DNA of 64,000 bases from Brevibacterium luteolum (GCF_013004595.1 NZ_JABEMC010000005.1:124001-188000); one strand, 5' to 3'; numbered from the stretch's first letter, positions 1 through 9,662 are shown. The notes: generated by a model from the letters alone, not told the origin. Made by a program: numbers and translations.

Positions 1-1584
1 GCACATGCCGACAAGGATCGCGGCGATGAGCGAGATGATGGTGGTCAGCGCCTCGACTCCGCCGGAGGTGACGATCACCTCGATGGGTGAGAGCCCGATC
101 GCCCGACCGACCATGATGCCCAGGGCGATGCCGGAGACGATGCCGGCCAGCGTGGTGCCGACGGTGACGGCCTTGGCCGAGGCAGTGAGCGGGAAGTTCG
201 TCAGCGAGTCCTGCACCGCGGCGATGAGGCCGGCAGTCGGCAGCAGCAGCACAATGCCGGCGGCCACGAGGTACTGCGGAGCAGCGATGAACCCGAATGT
301 CCAGGCCGCCATTGCCAGCACGGTCGCAAACGTCGATTGGCCCATCGCGGTGAAGAACGGGGGCACGTCGAAGCGGGCGAGCAGCGCACCGAAGCGGTCG
401 ATGATGATCGCCATGCCGAAGCCGATGACCGCTGAGACTGCCGAGCCGCCGAGCAGCAGCACGAAGCAGGTCACGAGCATGCCCCAGGCCAGGGCGACGA
501 ACCAGCCGGCAAACGGCCGGCGCTGCTGGCGGATCGCGTCGATCCGCTCGCTGGCTTCGAGGTATTCGACCTTGCCGTCGACGATGTCGGTCACGAGCTT
601 GTGGACGGAGGCGAGCTTCGAGTAGTGGATCGACTCCTCGCGGCTGACGCGCATGACGTTGAGCAGCCGGCCCTCAGGGTCGGAGTAGTGCACATTGAGC
701 GAGTTCGAGGTCAGGTCGACTTCGACGGTCGGCAGGCCGAGCGCGGTGCAGGTGGCGATGACGGAGACCTCGACGTCGGCAGTCGGGGCGCCGGCGCGCA
801 GCATGATCCAGCCGATGTCGACGGCCAGCTCCATGATCTTGCGGGCTTCCTCCTCGCCCTTCGCCTGGCTCTGCACCGGCGCCTGATAGGGGGTGCCCTT
901 GAGGGTGGCGACGATCGGGATCGGGTCGGTCGCCGGCATCGAATCGCCGGTGATCTGCCCGACGGCCTTGCGGGCGAGCCGTTCGGCCATCCGCTTCGAC
1001 GAGGAGCCGGCGGCGTTGGTCTTCTCGACGATGCTGCGGGAGCTGCCGTTGCGGCGGAACCGCTGGGTGGAGGACGACCGACCCGTGCCGTAGCTGCCGT
1101 CGGCGCCGCGGGCGACCGGCGGGGTGAGCGCCTCGGACGGGTCGACCGGGTCCTGCTCCAGGCGTGAGGTCGCCGGAGTCGTGGCCGTTCCCGAGGCGGT
1201 GGCCGGGCTGGCAGCAGATGCCGAGCCGGCACGCCTGCCGTTCCTGCCGCGCGGAGCGCGGGTCTTGAGCTGTTTGTGCCCGCGCCGCCGGGCGGTCTGG
1301 GCCTTCTCCGTGGCCTCGGCGACGGTCTCTCGCGGGATCCCGCCGGTGGTGCGCAGTGCGGCGCCGGCGGTCGATCCGGTGTACTCGTTGGTGTTCAGCG
1401 GCTGGCTGGCGTCCGCGCCGAGATCGCTCGTTCCGGTCTGCCGTTCGGCTCCGGCTCGCCGCGCGGCTTCGCTCTCGTGGGAGTTGCGGCGTGCGCCATC
1501 GCCTGCCGCGGCACGTGATCCGTTGCTGCGGATGCGCGGGCGCAGCAGGCGCCGGCGCGGTGGGCGATCGCTGTCTTCTGCCAC
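1..1584 (-). CDS. thrE: Threonine/serine exporter family (ThrE) membrane protein; 3' end lies outside the window; long low-complexity N-terminal extension
   Basis: Manually translated minus-strand frame, absent from the ORF track because it runs off the edge: KIMELAVDIGWIMLRAGAPTADVE...HYSKLASVHKLV...followed by TM helices. GTG at 1584 follows AGAAGGA; start is approximate. Confidence 0.8.
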   Translation of the reverse strand, partial: MAEDSDRPPRRRLLRPRIRSNGSRAAAGDGARRNSHESEAARRAGAERQTGTSDLGADASQPLNTNEYTGSTAGAALRTTGGIPRETVAEATEKAQTARRRGHKQLKTRAPRGRNGRRAGSASAASPATASGTATTPATSRLEQDPVDPSEALTPPVARGADGSYGTGRSSSTQRFRRNGSSRSIVEKTNAAGSSSKRMAERLARKAVGQITGDSMPATDPIPIVATLKGTPYQAPVQSQAKGEEEARKIMELAVDIGWIMLRAGAPTADVEVSVIATCTALGLPTVEVDLTSNSLNVHYSDPEGRLLNVMRVSREESIHYSKLASVHKLVTDIVDGKVEYLEASERIDAIRQQRRPFAGWFVALAWGMLVTCFVLLLGGSAVSAVIGFGMAIIIDRFGALLARFDVPPFFTAMGQSTFATVLAMAAWTFGFIAAPQYLVAAGIVLLLPTAGLIAAVQDSLTNFPLTASAKAVTVGTTLAGIVSGIALGIMVGRAIGLSPIEVIVTSGGVEALTTIISLIAAILVGMC

Positions 1585-1677
1585 TGGTCCTTCTTGTCCG
1601 TCACACTGTGTCTGATCTCGGTTCTACCTGATGGATCTGATGCTCACGTGAACTGCCGCTGGACGAACGGTCGGTGC

Positions 1678-2952
1678 TCACGGCTCGTGGATCCGGGTGG
1701 GGCCGAACGGGTCGGCCACGAATGCCTCACCGCTGGCGAAATCGTGCGTGTACACGTGCCGGCCGGACACGTAGACGCTGGTGACACGCGCATCGAAGTC
1801 GAGCGGATGGGCGCTCCACTGCACGATATCAGCGTCGCGGCCCACCGCTAAGGATCCGACACGGTCATCGAGACCGAGGATCGCCGCCGGGTGGATCGTC
1901 ATCGCCTGCAGCGCAACCTCCGGGTCGAGTCCCTCGCGCACGGCGAACCGGGCCTGGTCGACGAAGAAGAAGATCGGCACCACCGGGTGGTCGGTCGTGA
2001 GCGCGAACCGCACCCCGGCCTTGGCATACGCTGCCGGGGTCGCCAGTGTGCGGTGGCGCAGCTCGACCTTCGACCGGGAGGTCATGAGCGGGCCGACGAT
2101 GACGTCGAGGCCCTTCTCTGCGATGTAGTCGGCGATGAGGTGGCCTTCGGTGCCGTGGTTGATGATGAGCCGGTAGCCGAACTCCTCGGCCAGCCGGATC
2201 GCGGTGGCGATGTCGTCGGCGCGGTGGCAGTGCTGATCCCACACGAGGTCACCGGTCAGCACATCGGCCAGCGTCTCCAGGCCCAGGTCCCGATCGAAGG
2301 GGACCCCCACCTCGGCGGCGGCCGCCCGGTTGGCGATGTAGTTGCGTGCCTTGACGAAGGCCTCGCGCTGGACCTTCACGACCCCGAGGCGGGTGGCCGG
2401 GGTCTGCTTGCGCTCGCCGTAGATGCGCTTGGGATTCTCGCCCATCGCCGACTTGACCGAGATGTCCTGGCTGATGAGCATCTCGTCGACGACCCGCCCC
2501 CAGGTCTTGAGAGCGGCGGTCCGCCCGCCGATCGGGTTGCCGGAGCCGGGCTTGACGACGGCGGTGGTGACGCCGCCGCGCAGCGCGTCCTTGAAGCCGA
2601 CGTCAGCGGGGTTGATCGCGTCGAGGGCGCGCAGGGCCGAACCGTCGGGGTCGGTCATCTCGTTGACGTCGTTGCTCTCGCCGCCCTCACCGTCCTCGTG
2701 GACGCCCATGTGGGCGTGGCTTTCGACGAAGCCGGGGGCGATGACCGTGCCCGAGGCGTCGATGACCTCGGCACCGGCGGGCACCTCGACCTCGGCGTCG
2801 GGGCCGATGGCGGTGATGGTGCCCTCGTCGAGGACGATCGTGCCGGAGGCGATCTCAGGTGCCGGGTTGCCCTCAGCGTCGGCGATCGGCAGCAGCCGGG
2901 CTCCGGTCAGGGCGACGGTGCGGCGCGGCGGAACGGCGACGGGCTGATACAT
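1678..2952 (-). CDS. Metal-dependent amidohydrolase family protein
   Basis: PGFVESHAHMG metal-binding HxH motif, HCHRADDI, TTDHPV, GSLAVGRDADIV. Confidence 0.85.
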   Translation of the reverse strand: MYQPVAVPPRRTVALTGARLLPIADAEGNPAPEIASGTIVLDEGTITAIGPDAEVEVPAGAEVIDASGTVIAPGFVESHAHMGVHEDGEGGESNDVNEMTDPDGSALRALDAINPADVGFKDALRGGVTTAVVKPGSGNPIGGRTAALKTWGRVVDEMLISQDISVKSAMGENPKRIYGERKQTPATRLGVVKVQREAFVKARNYIANRAAAAEVGVPFDRDLGLETLADVLTGDLVWDQHCHRADDIATAIRLAEEFGYRLIINHGTEGHLIADYIAEKGLDVIVGPLMTSRSKVELRHRTLATPAAYAKAGVRFALTTDHPVVPIFFFVDQARFAVREGLDPEVALQAMTIHPAAILGLDDRVGSLAVGRDADIVQWSAHPLDFDARVTSVYVSGRHVYTHDFASGEAFVADPFGPTRIHEP

Positions 2953-3086
2953 GGGGCTCCTTCACGGCTGTGCGGGCGGTGCGGCGGTGGTGCTGCTCGG
3001 CCCAAACGGTGCTGGGCCGGCAGGCCACCCCTCCACCCTAACGGGAACCGCTGGAGCGCACCGGTGACCTAGGCACCGGCGGTCGA

Positions 3087-3234
3087 GGCGAAAGTTTGTA
3101 GAGCTATTCATATTTTCAGAGCCTCCACATATGAACAGCTCCACAAACTTTTCCCTTGAAGCATCCGCCGGCGAAAGTGAGAAAAGTTATTCATGGAATC
3201 CAGACGTGAGACCGTGAATAACTTTGCAAACTTC
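3087..3234. repeat. Two AT-rich palindromic units in tandem (83-bp period)
   Basis: AAAGTTTGTAGAGCTATTCATAT...ATATGAACAGCTCCACAAACTTT (3091-3151) and GAAAGTGAGAAAAGTTATTCATGG...CCGTGAATAACTTTGCAAACTTC (3173-3234); both begin GGCGAAAGT. Confidence 0.75.
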
Positions 3235-3277
3235 TCCCACGCCTGCCCGCTGCCGCCGGCCTTGGTAGCGTGGACGC

Positions 3278-4318
3278 ATGAACAGGTACGTCATCATCGG
3301 GGCCGGCGCGATCGGCGGCACCCTCGCAGCGGCCGGCAGCGACGCCGGCCTGTCCATCACCGTCATCGCCCGCGGCGAGCACGCCGACGCCATCGCCGCC
3401 GGCGGCCTTGCGATGCGCACCCCGTCGGGCACCATCACCGCCCGCCCCGAGCTCGCCCGCTCCCCTGAAGAGGTCGAGCTGCGCACCGGTGACGTGCTCG
3501 TGCTGGCGACGAAGACGAACCAGGCGCTCACCGCCCTGCCGCAGTGGGCCGACCGCCCGGTGACCGGCGCCTCGGGCACGATGATCGGCACCGCCGGTGA
3601 GCTGCTGCCGATCGTCCTGCTGCTCAACGGCACCGAGGCCGCCCGGCAGGCACCCCGGCACTTCCGCACCGTGGTCGCGGCGACCGTGTGGATGCCGGCA
3701 CTGTTCCTCTCCCCCGGCGAGGTCATCACGCGCATGCAGCCGGATCACGGCGCCTATTTCGCCGGTCCCGTCACGGCCGATCCCGAGGCGGTGGCCACCG
3801 CCCGGCAGTTCGTGACCGATGCGGGCACGGCCGGGTTCGCCGCCGAGGCGCTCGGCAGTGCCGATGAGCTGTGGCCGCATATCTGGGGCAAGCTTCTGAC
3901 GAATCTGGCCAATGGGCTCGACTCGATCCTCGGGCCCGGGATCGAATACGGCGAGCTCAACGATGCGCTCAAGGCCGAGGCGAAGGCCGTCTACGCCGCA
4001 GCCGGGATCGACCACGTCGGCTCGAGTCCGAAGGCCTTCGACATCGAGGACCGGATCCAGATCGGCGGAGTCGACGGTGTCGAGGAGTTCGCCTCGTCGT
4101 CCTGGCAGTCGCTGGCCCGCGGCACCGGTTCGATCGAGACGGACTACCTGGGCGGGGAGATCGTGCGCATCGGCAACACACTCGGGGTGCCGGTGGGCAA
4201 GAACGCCTTCGTCATGCGGTGGTGCCGAGCGCTGGCGGCCGGCGACGACCTCGCCGGCCAGATCCCGGCCGACCCGCAGGAGCGGCTGGCAGTGCTCAGG
4301 CGCGTGATCCTCGACTGA
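3278..4318 (+). CDS. Ketopantoate reductase (ApbA/PanE) family protein
   Basis: IIGAGAIGG Rossmann motif, ATKT, LLNG, WGKLLTN, SSSWQSL...ETDYLGG; TAGCGT -10 box 6 nt before ATG (leaderless). Confidence 0.8.
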   Translation: MNRYVIIGAGAIGGTLAAAGSDAGLSITVIARGEHADAIAAGGLAMRTPSGTITARPELARSPEEVELRTGDVLVLATKTNQALTALPQWADRPVTGASGTMIGTAGELLPIVLLLNGTEAARQAPRHFRTVVAATVWMPALFLSPGEVITRMQPDHGAYFAGPVTADPEAVATARQFVTDAGTAGFAAEALGSADELWPHIWGKLLTNLANGLDSILGPGIEYGELNDALKAEAKAVYAAAGIDHVGSSPKAFDIEDRIQIGGVDGVEEFASSSWQSLARGTGSIETDYLGGEIVRIGNTLGVPVGKNAFVMRWCRALAAGDDLAGQIPADPQERLAVLRRVILD

Positions 4319-4365
4319 CCGGCCGGCGCAACTCGCGCCGCCACCGCGACTGCCGCCGGCCGACC

Positions 4366-5871
4366 TCAGCTGCCGAGGGCGTTCTGGATCGGCCCGGAGA
4401 CGAAGTAGACGACGAACAGCGCCGCGGTGACGAACATGAGCGGGTGGACCTCAGGGGCCTTGCCGCGCAGCACCTTGATGACGACGTAGCTGATGAAGCC
4501 GGCGCCGATGCCGTTGGTGATCGAGTACGAGAACGGCATGAGGACGACGGTCATGAATGCCGGGATCGCGATCTCGACGTCGGCCCAGTCGATGCGCAGC
4601 ACCTGCTGCATCATGAGGAAGCCGACGAGCACGAGCGTCGGGGCGGCCGCCTCGGTCGGGATGACGGCGGCCAGCGGCGCGGCGACGATGGTGAGCAGGA
4701 ACATGAGGCCTGCCATGACGTTGGCCAGGCCGGTGCGCGCGCCCTCGCCGACGCCGACGGTCGACTCGATGAACCCGGAGTTCGACGACATCGAGCCCAG
4801 TCCGCCGCCGATCGCACCGAAGGCGTCAGCGACCATGACCCGCTTGGAGTTGGGGATCTCGCCGTCGGCGTCGACGATGTCGCCTTCCTTCGAGATCGCA
4901 ACCATGGTGCCGAGCAGGTCGAAGAAGTTCGCCAGCAGGAGTGTGAACACCGCCAGTGAGGCGGCGACGATGCCGATGTGCTGCCAGGAGCCGAGCAGGT
5001 TGAAGCTGCCGAGCAGCGACAGGTCGGGCAGACTCAGCCATTCCTGGTTGAGCGTCGGGACGGTCAGACCCCAGCCGTAGGGGTTGGCGATCTCGCCGTC
5101 GGCGCCGGTCTTCGGGCCGATGCCGACGATCGCCTCGACGATGAGGGCGAGCGCAGTCGCCCCGAGGATCGAGTAGAGGATCGCCCCGCGCACGCGGGCT
5201 GACCACATGACGAACAGGCCCAGCAGCGCGATGAGGAAGATGAGGACCGGCCACCCGAAGAGGAATCCGCCGGTGCCCAGCTCGAGAGCCGCGCCCTCGC
5301 CCTTGGAGAGGAAGCCTGCGTTCATCATGCCGATGAGCGCGATGAACAGGCCGATGCCCACGCTGATGGCGGTCTTGAGCTGGCCGGGTACGGCGTTGAA
5401 GATCGCCGCGCGGAAGCCGGTGAGCACAAGGATGAGGAGGATGACGCCTTCGATGACGACCAGGCCCATCGCATCAGCCCAGGTCATGCCCGGCAGCACG
5501 ACGATGCCGTACGTGAGGAAGGCTGAGAGGCCCAGCGAGGAGGACACGGCCATCGGGAAGTTGCCGACGACGCCCATGAGGATCGTGAGAATACCCGAGA
5601 CGAGCGAGGTCGCCGCGGCCACGGCCGGCAGGTTCGGTTCGGTGCCGCCGCCGAGGAAGTGGCCGGTGGAGTCCATCGAGGCGCCGATGATGAGCGGGTT
5701 GAGCACGACGATGTAGCTCATCGCGAAGAAGGTCGCGAAGCCGCCGCGGATCTCGCGGCCGATCGTCGAGCCGCGCTCGGTGATGTGGAAGAAGCGGTCG
5801 AGGGTCCCGCCGGTTCCGAAGAATCCGCCTGCCGCGCCCGAGGCGGTGGTGTCCTGGTGCTGTGTGCTCAC
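4366..5871 (-). CDS. NCS2/AzgA family purine nucleobase permease
   Basis: TIGREIRGGFATFFAMSYIVVLNPLI, FIESTVGVGEGARTGLA, MPFSYSITNGI; GTG start at 5871 preferred to the ORF-track start at 6027. Confidence 0.88.
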   Translation of the reverse strand: MSTQHQDTTASGAAGGFFGTGGTLDRFFHITERGSTIGREIRGGFATFFAMSYIVVLNPLIIGASMDSTGHFLGGGTEPNLPAVAAATSLVSGILTILMGVVGNFPMAVSSSLGLSAFLTYGIVVLPGMTWADAMGLVVIEGVILLILVLTGFRAAIFNAVPGQLKTAISVGIGLFIALIGMMNAGFLSKGEGAALELGTGGFLFGWPVLIFLIALLGLFVMWSARVRGAILYSILGATALALIVEAIVGIGPKTGADGEIANPYGWGLTVPTLNQEWLSLPDLSLLGSFNLLGSWQHIGIVAASLAVFTLLLANFFDLLGTMVAISKEGDIVDADGEIPNSKRVMVADAFGAIGGGLGSMSSNSGFIESTVGVGEGARTGLANVMAGLMFLLTIVAAPLAAVIPTEAAAPTLVLVGFLMMQQVLRIDWADVEIAIPAFMTVVLMPFSYSITNGIGAGFISYVVIKVLRGKAPEVHPLMFVTAALFVVYFVSGPIQNALGS

Positions 5872-6153
5872 GGGGGTGCCGCGTGCCTTTCGTCTCAGAT
5901 GGTGGGGTGTGTCCGACTGCCACGAGGGCGCACCTCGGCGCGGACGATGTCCAAGTGTACGCCTCGGTAGGACGAAACGGCACGAGCGGGCGACTCTGCC
6001 GTGCACAGCGGCGCAGATCTGACCCACAAGCCTGACGTCACGGCGTTCAGAGGGTGAGGCTCAGCTCGGCACCGGGTGACACCGTCGTTGGTCCGGCGCA
6101 ACGACGCTCGAGTCCGAATAGTCACCACGTTCTGGGGACACCCCAACTCTCAG

Positions 6154-6459
6154 TTACGCCACCTGAACTCGCTGATCGCCGATGACGTATTCGACTGCCA
6201 GACTCCCGCCTACCGCTTCGAGGTAGCGGCGGACCGTTCCGACCTTCGCGCTGTCCAAATCACCGGATTCGATCTTTGACACCTGCCGCTGACCAACGCC
6301 GATGCGCTCGGCAAGCTGAGCCTGTGTCAGTCCGGCCTGCTCACGAAGCTCACGCAACCGGTAGGCACGGACTTCGGCGAGCATGCGGGCTTTGTGCGCC
6401 TCGACCGCCGCCCGATCCACGGGATGCTTCGCCTTCAGCTCTTCATAACTCAATGCCAC
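6154..6459 (-). CDS. XRE-HTH antitoxin (HigA-like)
   Basis: LRELREQAGLTQAQLAERIGVGQRQVSKIESG; GTG at 6459 is 1 nt after the toxin stop and preceded by GGGGGAG. Confidence 0.85.
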   Translation of the reverse strand: MALSYEELKAKHPVDRAAVEAHKARMLAEVRAYRLRELREQAGLTQAQLAERIGVGQRQVSKIESGDLDSAKVGTVRRYLEAVGGSLAVEYVIGDQRVQVA

Positions 6460-6460
6460 T

Positions 6461-6814
6461 TCAATCACTCCCCCGCAATCGTCGTACGTGCTCATCGAAT
6501 AGATCGTCGGCCACCGGGATATTCACCTTGTACCAGCGAGCCCAGTTCCTGGCTTTGTCACCAGCAACGAGCATGATCGCCCGCCTCTCCGGATCAAAGG
6601 CGAAAAGCACCCGCAACTCCGAACGGACCGACGAACCGGGCCTCAGCTCCTTCATATTCCGATGCCGCGATGCAGTCACTGTGTCAACGAGCGGCCGGCC
6701 GAGCTGCGGACCGGCTGCTTGCAGCACTTCGATTGCTGCGAACAGCTGAGCACGTGAATCTTCGTCCAACGAAGCTACCCATGGCTCAATCAACTCAGCG
6801 TCGATGCTCCACAC
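6461..6814 (-). CDS. RelE/ParE superfamily toxin (HigB/Gp49-like)
   Basis: GPQLGRPLVDTV...HRNMKELRPGS...LRVLFAFDPERRAIMLVAGDK...WY; directly upstream of an HTH gene; TAAACT -10 box 6 nt before GTG. Confidence 0.88.
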   Translation of the reverse strand: MWSIDAELIEPWVASLDEDSRAQLFAAIEVLQAAGPQLGRPLVDTVTASRHRNMKELRPGSSVRSELRVLFAFDPERRAIMLVAGDKARNWARWYKVNIPVADDLFDEHVRRLRGSD

Positions 6815-7074
6815 ACCTCAAGTTTAGACCATGGAAGCTCTACTCACAATAACGCGAACGAAATCGATTACGCGCACACGCCAAGAGTCCCGAGCTTCAC
6901 TCGGTCTCGCGCACCGGCGGCGCTTCACCGGAGGATTACCGAGCACGTTCTGCCGGCATCCACGGCAACGCCCGCAAAAAGGCGATCATCAGCGCGACCC
7001 CTGAATCCACTCACGCCCCGCCTGGCGGCTGCCAGTCGGGGCGTGCTGTGGTGCGTGGAGCGTGAGCCTCAGCC

Positions 7075-8202
7075 TCACATGCCGGGCATGAAGTCCGGCG
7101 GCTCAGGGAAGTCGCGGCGCTGCTGCTGGCGAGCCTGGTCGGCGGCCCGGCGCGCCTGCTGCTGGGCGGACTGCTCGCGAGCGCGGCGGGCACGGTCGGC
7201 CTCTTCGCGCTCACGGCGCTGGGCCTCAAGGCGCTCCTGGCGGGAGTCGCTGTCGGAGTCGGAGATCGCCCGCTCGGACTCATGCGAGGTCAGCAGCGCA
7301 TTGCGGATCTCGGTCGTGAGGTCGCCGAGCGCACCGGGGTTGCTCGGCAGCATGAGCACATTCGAGCGGCCGTTGCGGGCGACATCCTGCATCGTGTCGA
7401 AGTACTGGGTCATGAGCAGCAGCTGCTCGGCGGTCGATTCGATGCCGGCGCGGCGCAGCATCTCGTACTGCTCGGCGATACCGGTGGCGATCGCCTTGCG
7501 CTGTCCGGCGACACCCTCACCCTGCAGGCGCTTGGACTCGGCCTCGGCTTCGGCCTGGGTGACGCGCTTGATCTTGTCGGCCTCGGCAAGTGCCTGCGCG
7601 GCCACGCGGTCGCGCTGGGCGGCGTTGATCGAGTTCATCGAATCGCGCACCCGCTGATCCGGGGAGATGTCGGTGACCAGGGTGTTGACGATGCGGAAGC
7701 CGTAGCCGGCCATCTGCGCCGACAGCCGGTGCTCAACACTGGTGGCGATGTCGTCCTTGGACTCGAAGGCCGAATCCAGCGTCAGGGTCGACAGGGCCGA
7801 GCGGACGGTGTCGAAGACATACGAGCGGATCTGCTCTTCGGGATTCGCCAGCCGGTAGTAAGCGTCGACGACCTTGTCCTCGCTCACGAGGTACTGCACG
7901 GCCACCGGCACCATGACGAAGACGTTGTCCTTCGTCTTCGTCTCGATGTTGACCTCCAGCTGCTGAACGCGCAGCGAGATCGGCTTGGTCGTCGTCTCGA
8001 TGAACGGGACCTTGGTGTTGAGGCCGGGCTTGGCGACCTTCTTGAATTTGCCGAAGCGCTCGACGATGACGTTCTCCTGCGTGTGCACGGTGAAGAAGAT
8101 GCTCGAGCGCAGGCCGCCGAACAGCAGAGCTGCCACGACGATGAGGATGACGATGACAACGCCGAGGGCGACGAGGATCCCGATGATCGCGCCGATGTCC
8201 AT
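7075..8202 (-). CDS. SPFH/band 7 (stomatin-like) membrane protein
   Basis: N-terminal TM helix, IVERFGKF..PGLN, ETKTKDNVFV, INAAQR..VAAQALAEADKI, coiled-coil tail; ATG at 8202 after GGAG. Confidence 0.9.
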   Translation of the reverse strand: MDIGAIIGILVALGVVIVILIVVAALLFGGLRSSIFFTVHTQENVIVERFGKFKKVAKPGLNTKVPFIETTTKPISLRVQQLEVNIETKTKDNVFVMVPVAVQYLVSEDKVVDAYYRLANPEEQIRSYVFDTVRSALSTLTLDSAFESKDDIATSVEHRLSAQMAGYGFRIVNTLVTDISPDQRVRDSMNSINAAQRDRVAAQALAEADKIKRVTQAEAEAESKRLQGEGVAGQRKAIATGIAEQYEMLRRAGIESTAEQLLLMTQYFDTMQDVARNGRSNVLMLPSNPGALGDLTTEIRNALLTSHESERAISDSDSDSRQERLEAQRREREEADRARRAREQSAQQQARRAADQARQQQRRDFPEPPDFMPGM

Positions 8203-8352
8203 AAGTGCTCCAGTCCTATTGGGTTGAGGGCGTGAGAGGTGTGGCTTCCAGCCTATCGCCGGTGCCCACAGGTTGAGACGACGATCGTGTAACAGTTCCC
8301 GCACATCGGTGCCGGCTCCAGCACCATCTCCCGCTGCCCTCCCCTCCCCACG

Positions 8353-8394
8353 CCCGAGGCGGGCGCACGGTGGACACCGCACGCCCGCCTCGGG
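8353..8394. terminator. GC-rich hairpin downstream of adhP, formed by two inverted copies of the CCCGAGGCGG motif
   Basis: CCCGAGGCGGGCG-N16-CGCCCGCCTCGGG. Confidence 0.55.
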
Positions 8395-8447
8395 AACGGG
8401 TCACGCACCGACCGGCCGGCAACGGCAGCCGGTCATTGCGGCTGGTC

Positions 8448-9476
8448 TCAGTCGTCGAATTCGACGACGACGCGGCCGTCGATCTTGCCGTGGACCATCT
8501 CGTCGAAGATCTGGTTGATCTCGTCGAGCTTGCGGGTGTGGTAGGTCGGGTGGATGTGGCCGCGGGCGTAGAAGTCCAGGGCCTCCTCCATGTCCTGCCG
8601 GGTGCCGACGATCGAGCCGCGGATGGTGAGGCTCTTGAGCACAATGTCGAAGATCGGGGCTGGGAAGTCACCGGGCGGCAGGCCGTTGAAGACGATGGTG
8701 CCGCCGCGGCGGGCCATGCCGATCGCCTGGCCGAACGCGTCGGGGTGCACGGCGGTCACCAGCACGCCGTGGGTGCCGCCGGTGGCTTCGACGATCTCAG
8801 CGGCCGGGTCGCCGGACATTGCGTTGACGACGACTTCGGCGCCGTGCTTCTTGGCCAGGGCGAGCTTGTCATCGGCGATGTCGACAGCGGCCACGCGCAT
8901 GCCCATCGCCACGGCGTACTGCACGGCGATGTGGCCAAGCCCGCCGATGCCGGAGATCGTGACCCACTGGCCGGGCTTGACCTCGGTGACCTTGAGGCCC
9001 TTGTACACGGTCACCCCGGCGCACAGGACGGGTGCGATCTCGTTGAGGTCGGCGCCTTCGGGGATGTGGGCGGCGTAGCGGGCGTCGACGAGCATGTATT
9101 CGCCGAAGGAGCCGTTGACGGAGTAGCCGCCGTTCTGCTGCTTCTCGCACAGCGTCTCCCAGCCGGTGCGGCAGAATTCGCAGTCGCCGCAGGCGCTCCA
9201 CAGCCAGGCGTTGCCGACGATGTCGCCGACTTTGACGGAGGTGACGTCGTCGCCGATGGCTTCGACGCGGCCCACCCCCTCGTGTCCGGGGACGAACGGC
9301 GGGCTGGGCTTGATGGGCCAGTCGCCGTGGGCGGCGTGCAGGTCGGTGTGGCACACGCCGGTGGAGATGAGCTTGACGAGGGCCTCGTGCGGGCCGGGGG
9401 TGGGGATGTCGGTGGAGTCGCTGACGTTGAGGTCTTTGCCGAATGCGGTGACGACGGCGGCTTTCATGGTGCCCAT
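8448..9476 (-). CDS. adhP: Zinc-dependent alcohol dehydrogenase
   Basis: GVCHTDLH, PGHEGVG, CGDCEFCRTGWETLC, CAGVTVYKGLK, GIGGLGH. Confidence 0.93.
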   Translation of the reverse strand: MGTMKAAVVTAFGKDLNVSDSTDIPTPGPHEALVKLISTGVCHTDLHAAHGDWPIKPSPPFVPGHEGVGRVEAIGDDVTSVKVGDIVGNAWLWSACGDCEFCRTGWETLCEKQQNGGYSVNGSFGEYMLVDARYAAHIPEGADLNEIAPVLCAGVTVYKGLKVTEVKPGQWVTISGIGGLGHIAVQYAVAMGMRVAAVDIADDKLALAKKHGAEVVVNAMSGDPAAEIVEATGGTHGVLVTAVHPDAFGQAIGMARRGGTIVFNGLPPGDFPAPIFDIVLKSLTIRGSIVGTRQDMEEALDFYARGHIHPTYHTRKLDEINQIFDEMVHGKIDGRVVVEFDD

Positions 9477-9569
9477 GGTTCACTCCTCGAGGTTCGGGGC
9501 GCGGCCGCAGCGCGGCTGCAGAGGGCACTTGTCACATTACCGGTGGCGCATCCGTGGCGGAACACTCTG

Positions 9570-9602
9570 GACGCGGCATCCCGTCTGATGGGATGCCGCG
9601 TC
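9570..9602 (-). terminator. Hairpin after the SDR gene (likely terminator)
   Basis: GACGCGGCATCCCGTC-T-GATGGGATGCCGCGTC. Confidence 0.55.
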
Positions 9603-9619
9603 TGCAGGTGGTAGTGGTT

Positions 9620-9657
9620 CCGCTCCCGAGGCGGTGGTCCCGGTCCCGAGGCGGTGG
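9620..9657 (+). repeat. Two tandem copies (20-bp period) of the dispersed CCGNKCCCGAGGCGGTGG motif
   Basis: CCGCTCCCGAGGCGGTGG-TC-CCGGTCCCGAGGCGGTGG. Confidence 0.85.
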
Positions 9658-9662
9658 CCGGG

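Noticed and set aside
5940..6003. Hammerhead ribozyme suggested by GGACGAAAC
   Set aside because: No CUGANGA core or compatible stems; the region overlaps the permease promoter.
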